DNA from: Candidatus Harrisonbacteria bacterium
GTDB taxonomy: Bacteria; Patescibacteriota; Minisyncoccia; UBA6257; 1-14-0-10-44-23
DNA: 64,000 nt
Direction of reading: 5' to 3'
Assembly (NCBI GenBank): GCA_023255625.1
Contig: JAHFLF010000001.1
Location: 504,074-568,073 of the forward strand
Below are positions 53,304 through 61,566 of this stretch, piece by piece. The notes below the pieces were generated by a model. It made no database searches, was not told the DNA's origin, and saw nothing but the letters and a program-made list of their open reading frames with translations. Within the stretch, counting starts at the first letter, position 1. Each line of letters starts with the position of its first letter. Made by a program: the position numbers and the translations under genes.

Positions 53304-54260
53304 GTGGCTATGGAAATAAATCCGAAAAGTAAACAGGGAGTTGCGCCAAAGAAGCTATCTCACAAGGGCCGGGCCGGGTTTTTACTGCGTAAAAAATGGT
53401 CGGAGGAGGCGGGGAGGCAAAGCGCAAAGCGAACGATGCCAAATCCGACTGTAGGCAAAGAACTACCTTCAAGGCGCGAGACAGGTTGGGGCGGTGTTGC
53501 GCAGTGGTATCACGAGACCGTAGAGGATAGCGCCAGCTATCAGTCAAGTTTAATTTTGCCGAACATCATTCGTTTGCTAGATATTAAAAAAGGCGAGATG
53601 ATTTTGGATTTGGCCTGCGGCGAGGGATTTTTTGCGCGACGGTTTGCCAAAAATGGCGCCAAAGTTATCGGCGTAGATATAGCGAAGGAGCTAATTGAAA
53701 TCGCCCAGAAGCAGTCGCCAGAGATTAAATATCATGCTGCGGCTGCAGATAAAATTCCTTTTATTGCCAGTCAGAGCATTGATAAGCTGACAATTATTTT
53801 AGCATTACAGAATATTGAAAATGTCGCTGGAGTTTTTCAGGAATGCGCTCGCGTATTAAAGCCGGCAGGGAAGATGTTGATTGTTTTAAATCATCCGGCT
53901 TTTCGGATTCCGAAAGTCAGCAGTTGGGGTTGGGAGACGAGTACGAGTAACGAGTCACGAGTAGCGAATGGGGAGCCAGTACAATACCGACGGATTGATA
54001 AATATATGTCGGAGTTGCGGGAGAAGATTGATATGGCTCCCGGGAGTAAGATGAGCGAACATACAATTTCCTTCCACCGGCCGCTGCAATATTTTATTAA
54101 AGCGATCGGTAAGCAAGGATTAGTAGTTGCGAATATGGAGGAATGGGTGAGTAACAAAAAAAGCCAGCCTGGGCCGCGGGCTTTGGCTGAAGATGTTGCC
54201 CGCGGAGAGATTCCGCTTTTTATGATGTTAGAGTGCCGTAGATCTGAAGCTAAGCTCTAA
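53304..54260 (+). CDS. Class I SAM-dependent methyltransferase
   Basis: Motif I ILDLACGEGFF, post-I D, LKPAGKMLI. Contains a run of CGAGT-type short repeats (53937..53972); the start could instead be an internal Met. Confidence 0.65.
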   Translation: MAMEINPKSKQGVAPKKLSHKGRAGFLLRKKWSEEAGRQSAKRTMPNPTVGKELPSRRETGWGGVAQWYHETVEDSASYQSSLILPNIIRLLDIKKGEMILDLACGEGFFARRFAKNGAKVIGVDIAKELIEIAQKQSPEIKYHAAAADKIPFIASQSIDKLTIILALQNIENVAGVFQECARVLKPAGKMLIVLNHPAFRIPKVSSWGWETSTSNESRVANGEPVQYRRIDKYMSELREKIDMAPGSKMSEHTISFHRPLQYFIKAIGKQGLVVANMEEWVSNKKSQPGPRALAEDVARGEIPLFMMLECRRSEAKL

Positions 54261-54272
54261 TTGATGAGCGGT

Positions 54273-54821
54273 CTACCCTTTTTTTTCCCCGCCTTCAGAA
54301 ACAAGGTTGACTTTGAACATCTGCGATACAACATTGCCGCTATTGTCTAACAAAGCTGGGTCTTGCTGTGGGTTGGTAAAAATTCCGTTACCGTCATCGC
54401 CGTGGAGCATGGCGTGATAGCTAGCTCCGGGAGTCAGCGTCATGATTAGCGAGGTGTTTGCGTACTCGCCTGGTTGATACAATTTGCTGGTGGCTACAAT
54501 TGGCCCCAGCTGCCCGCTATTATCTGCGTGGATTTCTACAAAACAGGAGACACGACAGGAAAATTTTTTGATGAGCACTGCGACACTATCCGGGTCCTGA
54601 TTATCGAGTGCTATGCTGTTGTCGATATTAGTGAGCGCGGTTGCTGGTGTCGGCGGTGTGCTTGCCGGCCAGAAGATGACTGCACCGAGAATCAGCAAAA
54701 TGATTGCTATGGCAATGCCGATAGCTATAGCTTTTTTGCTTTTGGCAGGTTCGACTTGGCTCGGCGAGACAGGCATACCGGAGTTTCCGGGAGTCCACGG
54801 GCTATTTTTTGTTTCGTCCAT
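54273..54821 (-). CDS. Membrane-anchored hypothetical protein
   Basis: ORF with a TM near the N-terminus. Confidence 0.4.
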   Translation of the reverse strand: MDETKNSPWTPGNSGMPVSPSQVEPAKSKKAIAIGIAIAIILLILGAVIFWPASTPPTPATALTNIDNSIALDNQDPDSVAVLIKKFSCRVSCFVEIHADNSGQLGPIVATSKLYQPGEYANTSLIMTLTPGASYHAMLHGDDGNGIFTNPQQDPALLDNSGNVVSQMFKVNLVSEGGEKKG

Positions 54822-54840
54822 ATTTTTGTTTTAATTTTTT

Positions 54841-55176
54841 TTAGGAGAGCGCTTTTTTTGCTGCTCTGGTTTTCTTACGATTTTTTTCCTGTCCCGCCAG
54901 AAGATTTGCTATTTTTTGATCCAGCAGGTCGTATGCCGCCTGCCTTATTGTATCGCGTGGAACATTTGCGAACTTTGAATCCGGCTGGCGGTCAACAGTT
55001 CTATCGATGGCGCTTTTGGCATTTTCTGTCCGTTCGTGGACCGTTCCTATGCCGTATGTTTCTGTAAATACAGTGAAACAGGTTTCTGCTATGTCGCCAG
55101 CCAGCCGCCTTAATTCGGCACTTTCATCACGGGCGCTCACTTCTTGTTTTGCAGGGTCAATTCCTTCGGATGTCAT
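54841..55176 (-). CDS. Hypothetical protein
   Basis: 111-aa ORF. Confidence 0.3.
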   Translation of the reverse strand: MTSEGIDPAKQEVSARDESAELRRLAGDIAETCFTVFTETYGIGTVHERTENAKSAIDRTVDRQPDSKFANVPRDTIRQAAYDLLDQKIANLLAGQEKNRKKTRAAKKALS

Positions 55177-55235
55177 GCTGCTATTATGACAGCAGTAGTA
55201 ATCTCAAAGCAAGCCCGCTATTATATACAGACGAT

Positions 55236-56150
55236 ATGGCTAAGTCCTTATTACATAGGCCGCTGCTTGGTGCCCATGTGTCTGCCGCGGGCGGACTGTG
55301 GAATGCAATTGATAACGGCGAGAAGCTTGGCGCGGAGTGCATTCAAATTTTTGGCGCCAGTCCGCGGAGTTATACAGCTAAACTCCCGACAGCTGAAACA
55401 ATCGTGCGTTTTCAGCAGCGGCTCAAAGAGAGTCCAATCAAAAAAGTGTATCAGCACGGGGCGTATCTGGTGAATCTTGGGAGCGCTGATACGGCGACCC
55501 TGAAGCGGTCAATTGGAAATCTAGCAGCACATCTAGAAATCGCAAACTTGATTGGTTCTGAAGGAGTTATTTTTCATGTGGGTTCGCCTAACGGCGGTGA
55601 TCGTCCGGCGGCGCTTGCAAGCGCCGCCGGAGCAATGAAAGAAATTTTGGGAAAAATAAAAGGCCCGGCGCAGCTCATTATGGAAAATTCCGGCAGCGTG
55701 AAAAAGATCGGCGGGAGTATCGCAGATCTAGAATGGATTTTCAAAAAAGTAAATGATCCGCGGCTCAAAATTTGCATTGATACCGCGCACGCGTTTGAAG
55801 CGGGCTTAATCGAGGCATACACACCGGCGAATATAAAAAAGTTTTTTGGCGCATGGGATGAAGCGGTCGGGTTAGAGAATGTAGTTGCGCTGCATGCGAA
55901 TGATTCAAAGACGCTCTATAATTCGCAAAACGATAAGCATGAGAATATCGGGCAGGGGTATATTGGTATTGCCGGGTTTCGGGCTTTGGCCGGTTTTGCG
56001 GCGAAGCCGCAAAACCGGCTGACCCACACCAGCTGGTTTTTAGAAGTTCCCGGGTTTCCCGCCGGAGGCGGGTCCGCCTCCGGCGGAGACGGGAAACAAA
56101 ACGGTCCGGATAAGCAGAATATGGATTTGCTGAAGAGCTGTTTTGGCTGA
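55236..56150 (+). CDS. nfo: Endonuclease IV (AP endonuclease family 2) with C-terminal in-frame palindromic insertion
   Basis: LLGAHVS..GG, the characteristic His/Glu/Asp metal ligands (HG.YL.NL; H.NDSK), start at MAKSLL. Confidence 0.85.
   Translation: MAKSLLHRPLLGAHVSAAGGLWNAIDNGEKLGAECIQIFGASPRSYTAKLPTAETIVRFQQRLKESPIKKVYQHGAYLVNLGSADTATLKRSIGNLAAHLEIANLIGSEGVIFHVGSPNGGDRPAALASAAGAMKEILGKIKGPAQLIMENSGSVKKIGGSIADLEWIFKKVNDPRLKICIDTAHAFEAGLIEAYTPANIKKFFGAWDEAVGLENVVALHANDSKTLYNSQNDKHENIGQGYIGIAGFRALAGFAAKPQNRLTHTSWFLEVPGFPAGGGSASGGDGKQNGPDKQNMDLLKSCFG
56058..56087. repeat. 30-bp palindrome CCCGCCGGAGGCGGGTCCGCCTCCGGCGGA, in-frame in nfo (encodes PAGGGSASGG)
   Basis: Differs from the uvrB/dus copies only at the outer positions of the left arm. 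Confidence 0.8.
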
Positions 56151-56164
56151 TAAACTAACGGTGT

Positions 56165-56980
56165 ATGAAAAAATATTTTTATTTTATCGGAATAGCCGTA
56201 ATTTTATTTTTTGCTGCACTTCTAATCTCGCGGCAGCCGAGTCGAGGGCTGATTGTAGATGAAATTAATAATATCCGCATTTATGAACCGCAGCCGGGTG
56301 ACACAGTCGGCCAGCCGCTTATTATTGTTGGTAAGGTGCGCGAGCCGGAAAATAATTTTAACTATCGTTTGTTGGATTCCGAAGGGCATCAGCTGGCTGG
56401 TAGTTTTGCTACCGCGGTCGCTATTGATGTCGGGAAATTTGGAGCATTCAGCGTAGTTTTAAATTACGGCGAGCCAGCCGGTAGCTCCGGTACTGTAGAA
56501 GTTTTTTCTCATTCTGCAAAAGATGGTGCCGTGATTGATCTGGTCCGGATACCGGTGAAATTAAAAAAAGAAGCGCGAACAGTCATCAAAGCATATTTTG
56601 ATTTACCGGCGACAAAAATTTCCAGCAATCCAAGTTTAATTATCGAGCAATGCGAGGGCGTCTATCCGGTGATGCGAGTTGTGCCAAAAACAACTGCAGT
56701 GGCCAGGGCCGCCCTGGAAGAGCTTTTCCAGGGTCCAAATTTGGCGGAACAGCGAGCCGGTTATACGACTCTGATTAATAAGGGGGTAAAGGTGAAAAGT
56801 TTAAATATTGAGAGTGGACTAGCAACAGTTGATTTGAGTAGCGATCTAATGTATCAAGTTGGTGGATCCTGCCGGGTCGGCATGATGATAGACCAAATCG
56901 AGTCAACGCTTCGGCAGTTCTCGAGTGTGCAGTCAGTTAAGATTTTAGTTGATGGGAATGCCGATGCCTTGCAGCCCTAA
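56165..56980 (+). CDS. Membrane-anchored Gmad2 Ig-like plus GerMN domain protein
   Basis: C-terminal GerMN-type pattern (...A.LEELF.GP...E...G..T.I..G..V.S..I..G.A.VDLS). Confidence 0.55.
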   Translation: MKKYFYFIGIAVILFFAALLISRQPSRGLIVDEINNIRIYEPQPGDTVGQPLIIVGKVREPENNFNYRLLDSEGHQLAGSFATAVAIDVGKFGAFSVVLNYGEPAGSSGTVEVFSHSAKDGAVIDLVRIPVKLKKEARTVIKAYFDLPATKISSNPSLIIEQCEGVYPVMRVVPKTTAVARAALEELFQGPNLAEQRAGYTTLINKGVKVKSLNIESGLATVDLSSDLMYQVGGSCRVGMMIDQIESTLRQFSSVQSVKILVDGNADALQP

Positions 56981-57060
56981 TTTGCAATTGTCAGTTTTGA
57001 CATGGCGGATTGAGATGTTATGCTGAATAGAACATTATTCAATATAAGTTTATAGTTTTT

Positions 57061-58287
57061 ATGTTTAAAAAAATATTGTTGGCGGTCGGGATACTGGCCG
57101 TAGCGTTTCCGGTCGCTGTTTTTGCGCAGGAAGTCGAAACACCAAAAGCGCAACTGCAACTGCAGATGGAAAATCTTAAGGCGCAGGTTGAAGCGATGAA
57201 TAAAGCAAAACTGGAGAAACAGGTAGAAGAGTTAAATGCTCGATTGAAGGCGACTCCTCCTACGGCTAGGCCAGATACGAATAAAGTACCACCACCTCCG
57301 AACATTGGTGTAAATGCAACTGTCGGTGTTGGCGCGGACGCTGTTTTACAGAACGGAACTGTTTCGAAGCCCCCGGCTATTCGTGGCGAAGTTCGTAAGG
57401 AGGTTCAGCAAGAGCGTCAAGAAATTAAAGATGTTCGTCAGGACGCGCGTCAGGAGATTAAAGAAATTCGAACTGAAAATCGCGGCGAAATAAAGGAACT
57501 TCGGCAGGGCGTAATGCAGGAGGTGAAAGAAAATCGCCAGGAGTTTCGTGAAGAGCAAAAAAATAATAAGCAGGAGTTACAACAGGATCGCAAAGATGGT
57601 CGCGTTGAGGTTCAGGTAGAGGTTCAGAAAATTCGCGCTGACGCATCTTTGACCGCAGAGCAGAAAGAAGAAAAATTACAGGAATTGCGGCGGCAGTTTG
57701 ATGAGCAGCGAAAGGCGGAAATGGAAAAGTTTCAAGAGGAGCGCAAGCAAGAGATGGATAAATTTCAAGCTGCGCAAAAGATAGCGCGGCAGCAGTTTGA
57801 AGTTAAGCGGGTGGCTGCACAGCAGGAATTTCAGGCCAGCTTGAAGGTGGTCAAAGATGAGCGGAAGAAAGAAGTTGCCGGTCGGGTTGTCGAAAACTTT
57901 AATGCAATTAATGCGAAGTTGACCGGGCAGATGGCTGAAACTGTTGGGAAGATTGATGCCGTTCTTGCCAAAATTGTTGCCCGCGCTGATGAGTTGGGCG
58001 GAGCGGGGAGAGATGTAGCCGCGGCCCGTACTGCAATCGAAAATGCCCAGTTAGCGATCAGTGCGGCGCGTACCGCAATTACTACGCAGACTGCCCGTTC
58101 ATATACGGTTGAGGTTACAACTGAAGCGAATCTAAAAACTGATTTTGGCGCAGTTCGAGTTCGACTGGAAGCCGACTTGAAGATTGTTCGCGTGGCTGTT
58201 GACGCCGCCCGCGATGCGGTCAAACTTGCCGGGGCGGCATTGCCCGGCGTAACCATAACTGCAACGACGAACGCGGTAGTTCAGTAA
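57061..58287 (+). CDS. Secreted coiled-coil protein with EIKE/RQE-rich repeats
   Basis: Signal peptide; low-complexity charged heptads. Confidence 0.5.
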   Translation: MFKKILLAVGILAVAFPVAVFAQEVETPKAQLQLQMENLKAQVEAMNKAKLEKQVEELNARLKATPPTARPDTNKVPPPPNIGVNATVGVGADAVLQNGTVSKPPAIRGEVRKEVQQERQEIKDVRQDARQEIKEIRTENRGEIKELRQGVMQEVKENRQEFREEQKNNKQELQQDRKDGRVEVQVEVQKIRADASLTAEQKEEKLQELRRQFDEQRKAEMEKFQEERKQEMDKFQAAQKIARQQFEVKRVAAQQEFQASLKVVKDERKKEVAGRVVENFNAINAKLTGQMAETVGKIDAVLAKIVARADELGGAGRDVAAARTAIENAQLAISAARTAITTQTARSYTVEVTTEANLKTDFGAVRVRLEADLKIVRVAVDAARDAVKLAGAALPGVTITATTNAVVQ

Positions 58288-58305
58288 TAATATATAAAAT
58301 ATTTT

Positions 58306-58542
58306 ATGGATAAAAAAATACCGACTTGGATTTTAGTAGTCGTTCTCGTTGTGGCCGCGGCCCTGCTTGTCTGGTGGATTTTGATGCAAAAACAGGAAGC
58401 TGCTTCGATTGCGAATCGCAGTTCTGAAAATGTTTCCAGTAATGTTCCTCAAAATGAATACGCGCAGGAACTTGATGGGCTGAATGAAGCCGAAGTTAGC
58501 GCCGAGTTTCAGCAAGTAGACGCTGATCTGCAGACCCTATAA
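58306..58542 (+). CDS. Small membrane-anchored protein (tentative)
   Basis: ORF. Confidence 0.3.
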   Translation: MDKKIPTWILVVVLVVAAALLVWWILMQKQEAASIANRSSENVSSNVPQNEYAQELDGLNEAEVSAEFQQVDADLQTL

Positions 58543-58588
58543 CGGATATTTTTCTGGGCCACTGTAATTTTGTGGTACAGTAAATTAT

Positions 58589-59068
58589 ATGTCTGTAAAA
58601 ATGTCGATCGCTGTTCTTGCAGTATTTGTTGTTCTTTCAGCAAACAATTTATACGCCAAGGAGACTGCTTCAATTTCTGATTCCGCACCGGTGCGGCTGG
58701 CGACGGCCGTGCTTACCGCCATCAACTCTTTTGCTAAAGGACAGGCGGAAAATTTGTCAAAAATCAAACAGAAAGTTGATGCAGAGGTAGCAGTCTTAAT
58801 CGCGCAAGAAAACGCCAGCACGACCAAGCCATTTGCTGCGGGTCAGCACATTGATAACCTCAATGATGCCGGCGGTGGTAGTATTGCAACCTCATCACCT
58901 ACCGCCGCACCCTCTTTAGAGCGATTGTCCAAACAGGCCTATTCTTGGCTTTTGTATGCGCTTATTTATATTTTGAGTACACCATGGCTGCTCTATAGTG
59001 TACTAGTAATTATTCTGTATTGGATTTATCGTTTCCACAGGCGGCGGCGGTTTGAGCGCGCTGGTTAA
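58589..59068 (+). CDS. Hypothetical protein with signal peptide and C-terminal TM
   Basis: ORF. Confidence 0.4.
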   Translation: MSVKMSIAVLAVFVVLSANNLYAKETASISDSAPVRLATAVLTAINSFAKGQAENLSKIKQKVDAEVAVLIAQENASTTKPFAAGQHIDNLNDAGGGSIATSSPTAAPSLERLSKQAYSWLLYALIYILSTPWLLYSVLVIILYWIYRFHRRRRFERAG

Positions 59069-59077
59069 ATCTAACTT

Positions 59078-60145
59078 ATGCAGCAAGGATTTTGGGCAAA
59101 GTTACAAAAGCCAATTTTTGCGCTTGCGCCGATGGCCAATGTTACGGACGCGGCTTTTCGGCGCATCATCGCGAAGTACAGCCGGCCGGCTGGGCCAGCG
59201 GTTTTTTGGACAGAGTTTGTCTCGGTAGAAGGATTATTATCACGCGGGCGCGAAAAGTTGCTGCCGGATTTTTGGTTCACGGAAGCCGAAAGGCCAATCG
59301 TGGCGCAGATTTTTGGCGGTAAGCCGGAGCAATTTTATGAAGTTGCCAAACTGATTGTTTCTCTTGGCTTTGATGGGATTGATATTAATATGGGTTGTCC
59401 AGACAAAGGCGTAGAAAAATCCGGCGGCGGAGCGGCATTAATAAAAAATCCGAAGCTCGCGCAAAAAGTTATTTTAGAAACTAAGCGGGGAATAGCTGAT
59501 GCGTCCGCCAGTGGACGGAGTTCAATTCCGGTTTCAGTAAAAACGCGTCTCGGATATAATAAAGATGAAATAGAAACCTGGTTGCCAGCGCTGTTTGAAA
59601 CTGGTTTGGCGGCGCTCACAATTCACCTGCGCACGCGCAAGGAGATGAGTTTGGTGCCCGCGCACTGGGAATGGGCGAGCCGGGCCGTCGCACTACGCGA
59701 TAAATATGGTCCGGAAACTTTGCTACTCGGAAACGGCGATATTCCGAATCTTACTGTCGGCCGTCAACTGTCCGCTGACCACGGACTTGATGGCGTCATG
59801 CTCGGCCGCGCTATTTTTGGCAATCCGTGGTTGTTTGCCGAAAAAATTCCAACCACCGAAGAAAAATTGAGCGTCTGCGTAGAGCATACAAAATTATTTG
59901 AGGAATTGTATGGTGCAGGCACCGTCCAGTCCGTCATCCCGAAGCCGAGGGATCTCACCCCTCGCATCAAGCCCTTTGACTTGATGAAAAAGCATTTTAA
60001 GGCCTATGTCAGCGGTTTTTCCGCCGGAGGCGGATCCGCCTCCGGCGGAGATGGTGGAGCATTAAAGGTACTGCGCATGAAAATGATGGAAGCGGAGACC
60101 GCGCAAGAGATTGAAAAGATTGTTGCGAATTTTTTTAAAAAATGA
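59078..60145 (+). CDS. dus: tRNA-dihydrouridine synthase
   Basis: N-terminal LAPMA..TD..FR, the catalytic-Cys region, the FMN-binding TIM-barrel pattern; carries a half MITE-like element (59933..59958) and the 30-bp palindrome (60020..60049) in-frame near the C-terminus. Confidence 0.8.
   Translation: MQQGFWAKLQKPIFALAPMANVTDAAFRRIIAKYSRPAGPAVFWTEFVSVEGLLSRGREKLLPDFWFTEAERPIVAQIFGGKPEQFYEVAKLIVSLGFDGIDINMGCPDKGVEKSGGGAALIKNPKLAQKVILETKRGIADASASGRSSIPVSVKTRLGYNKDEIETWLPALFETGLAALTIHLRTRKEMSLVPAHWEWASRAVALRDKYGPETLLLGNGDIPNLTVGRQLSADHGLDGVMLGRAIFGNPWLFAEKIPTTEEKLSVCVEHTKLFEELYGAGTVQSVIPKPRDLTPRIKPFDLMKKHFKAYVSGFSAGGGSASGGDGGALKVLRMKMMEAETAQEIEKIVANFFKK
59933..59958. repeat. Half-copy of the MITE-like element, inverted orientation, in-frame in dus (encodes SVIPKPRDLTPR)
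   Basis: GTCATCCCGAAGCCGAGGGATCTCAC. Confidence 0.55.
60020..60049. repeat. 30-bp perfect palindrome TCCGCCGGAGGCGGATCCGCCTCCGGCGGA, in-frame in dus (encodes SAGGGSASGG)
   Basis: Identical to the uvrB copy. Confidence 0.85.
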
Positions 60146-60166
60146 GCCCACGCGCCGCCACAGGGG

Positions 60167-60637
60167 CTAGCAGATGGGCTCAACGATTTCGTAGATCGCC
60201 CAGACGATCCAGAAAATGATTCCGAACAAGACGACCGCAGACCAGAACAGCGTGTAGCCGTTCAGATGATCGGACCAGGTCACCTTTTCGGGAGACTGCG
60301 CGTCCTCGTCCCCAGGGTCTTCCTCCTCTGATTCGTCGGGATCAGAGGCGAAGTCGTCCTCGCCATCGTCCTCGCAGTCCTGCGGATCACAGAACGATGC
60401 GTGCCTCATGTGCTCTATGAAGAGGTCTAGTTGGCTGGACGAGAGGGGAAGGTTCTCGCCAGGTTTTAGTCTCGCGGCATGCATCCAGAGGAATTCTATC
60501 CTCAGCTCGGCGGTACTTCTTGAGTCTCCGTTGCTCGTGAAGTAGCCGAGGACCAGATTGTAAGTCTCCTCGGCAGCGTCTCTGCCAAGGCCGCAATCCG
60601 GACACGCGTCCGGATCATCGTCCACATCATGCGACAT
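60167..60637 (-). CDS. High-GC acidic protein (CPDC pair near N-terminus, poly-acidic stretch, C-terminal TM)
   Basis: 156-aa ORF; about 60% GC. Confidence 0.45.
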   Translation of the reverse strand: MSHDVDDDPDACPDCGLGRDAAEETYNLVLGYFTSNGDSRSTAELRIEFLWMHAARLKPGENLPLSSSQLDLFIEHMRHASFCDPQDCEDDGEDDFASDPDESEEEDPGDEDAQSPEKVTWSDHLNGYTLFWSAVVLFGIIFWIVWAIYEIVEPIC

Positions 60638-60771
60638 GGGATTCTCCTTCTGCGTGAGGGGTTTAGGGTCAATAAGACAATATCAAAATTGCATTTTCCC
60701 GTCCGTTCGTCAAATGTGACTCGGGCCGCCGACAGGGTGTGTCGGCGGCCCGAAGCGGGTGCGCGATGGCT

Positions 60772-60915
60772 TCATCGCGCGTCCGAATCATCTTCCACTC
60801 GTTGCGGAAATTGATCCGGTTGATCGCTGTCGCGTCCGTAGGAACGCGTTGGCGGTGGATATTGCGGTTCCCGGTCTTCGTCGCGCCAGACCGGCAGCTC
60901 GAACGGTTCGGCCAT
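60772..60915 (-). CDS. 47-aa acidic, proline-rich small protein (tentative)
   Basis: GGAGGG ribosome-binding site 5 nt upstream; 1 nt after the stop of the upstream small ORF (translational coupling). Confidence 0.3.
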   Translation of the reverse strand: MAEPFELPVWRDEDREPQYPPPTRSYGRDSDQPDQFPQRVEDDSDAR

Positions 60916-60916
60916 C

Positions 60917-61015
60917 TCACCCTCCGTTCATGTGGACGCCTTCGCATCCGGTGAAGCATGCGACGATGATCAGGGCGATGGTCCAGATGATCGCGAAAAT
61001 GTCTCGTTTGCTCAT
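60917..61015 (-). CDS. 32-aa membrane peptide MSKRDIFAIIWTIALIIVACFTGCEGVHMNGG (tentative)
   Basis: AGGAG ribosome-binding site; single TM helix. Confidence 0.3.
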   Translation of the reverse strand: MSKRDIFAIIWTIALIIVACFTGCEGVHMNGG

Positions 61016-61025
61016 TCTGAAACTC

Positions 61026-61415
61026 CTACCTGGTCTGACTTCCGATTCGTTGCGCCCGCAGCTCCATGCGGATTGCGTAGACCCGTTCGAGCAGAGCGAG
61101 GCGTGAGAGGGGGCGACCCTTCTCGTCGCAGAGAAGCAGGCGTCGCGCCGACATCTCTTGCTGATAGAAGCGCTTGAATGAACTATTCCGGGCTTGGTGT
61201 TGCAGCATCTCCTTGATGCCGATCCACGCCCAGAATGCATTCAGGCCGACGAATACCCATGTTCTGCTAAGCGTAGCGCTGATGGATAGGAGGAGTGCCC
61301 CCATTCCGTTCATGCTCGCGAGCAGGAGTTGTCGCTTGTCGCCCCGACTTGCCAGCCAGTAGGCGACCAAGAGCATGGTTGCGCCGCAAATGCCGGCAAG
61401 ATCTCCTATCCCCAT
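61026..61415 (-). CDS. High-GC membrane protein (3-4 TM), unknown function
   Basis: AAGGAGG ribosome-binding site 8 nt upstream. Confidence 0.45.
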   Translation of the reverse strand: MGIGDLAGICGATMLLVAYWLASRGDKRQLLLASMNGMGALLLSISATLSRTWVFVGLNAFWAWIGIKEMLQHQARNSSFKRFYQQEMSARRLLLCDEKGRPLSRLALLERVYAIRMELRAQRIGSQTR

Positions 61416-61566
61416 GTGTGCCGCCTCCTTGTTGCGGTACTTTCTTTATATTCTCTTGTTATGATTTGGTCAAATGTCTTAGCTTGGTCTATTCTGTAAG
61501 CATGAACCGGGCAGTGAAAATGCGAGTAGTGCCCGGAAATATTAACACTCGCATTTCTACTGCCCG

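Noticed and set aside
42601-60049. Possibility that the recurring 30-bp and 72-bp repeats are a CRISPR array
   Set aside because: Copies are kilobases apart, irregularly spaced, in both orientations and inside conserved coding sequences. No cas genes are present.
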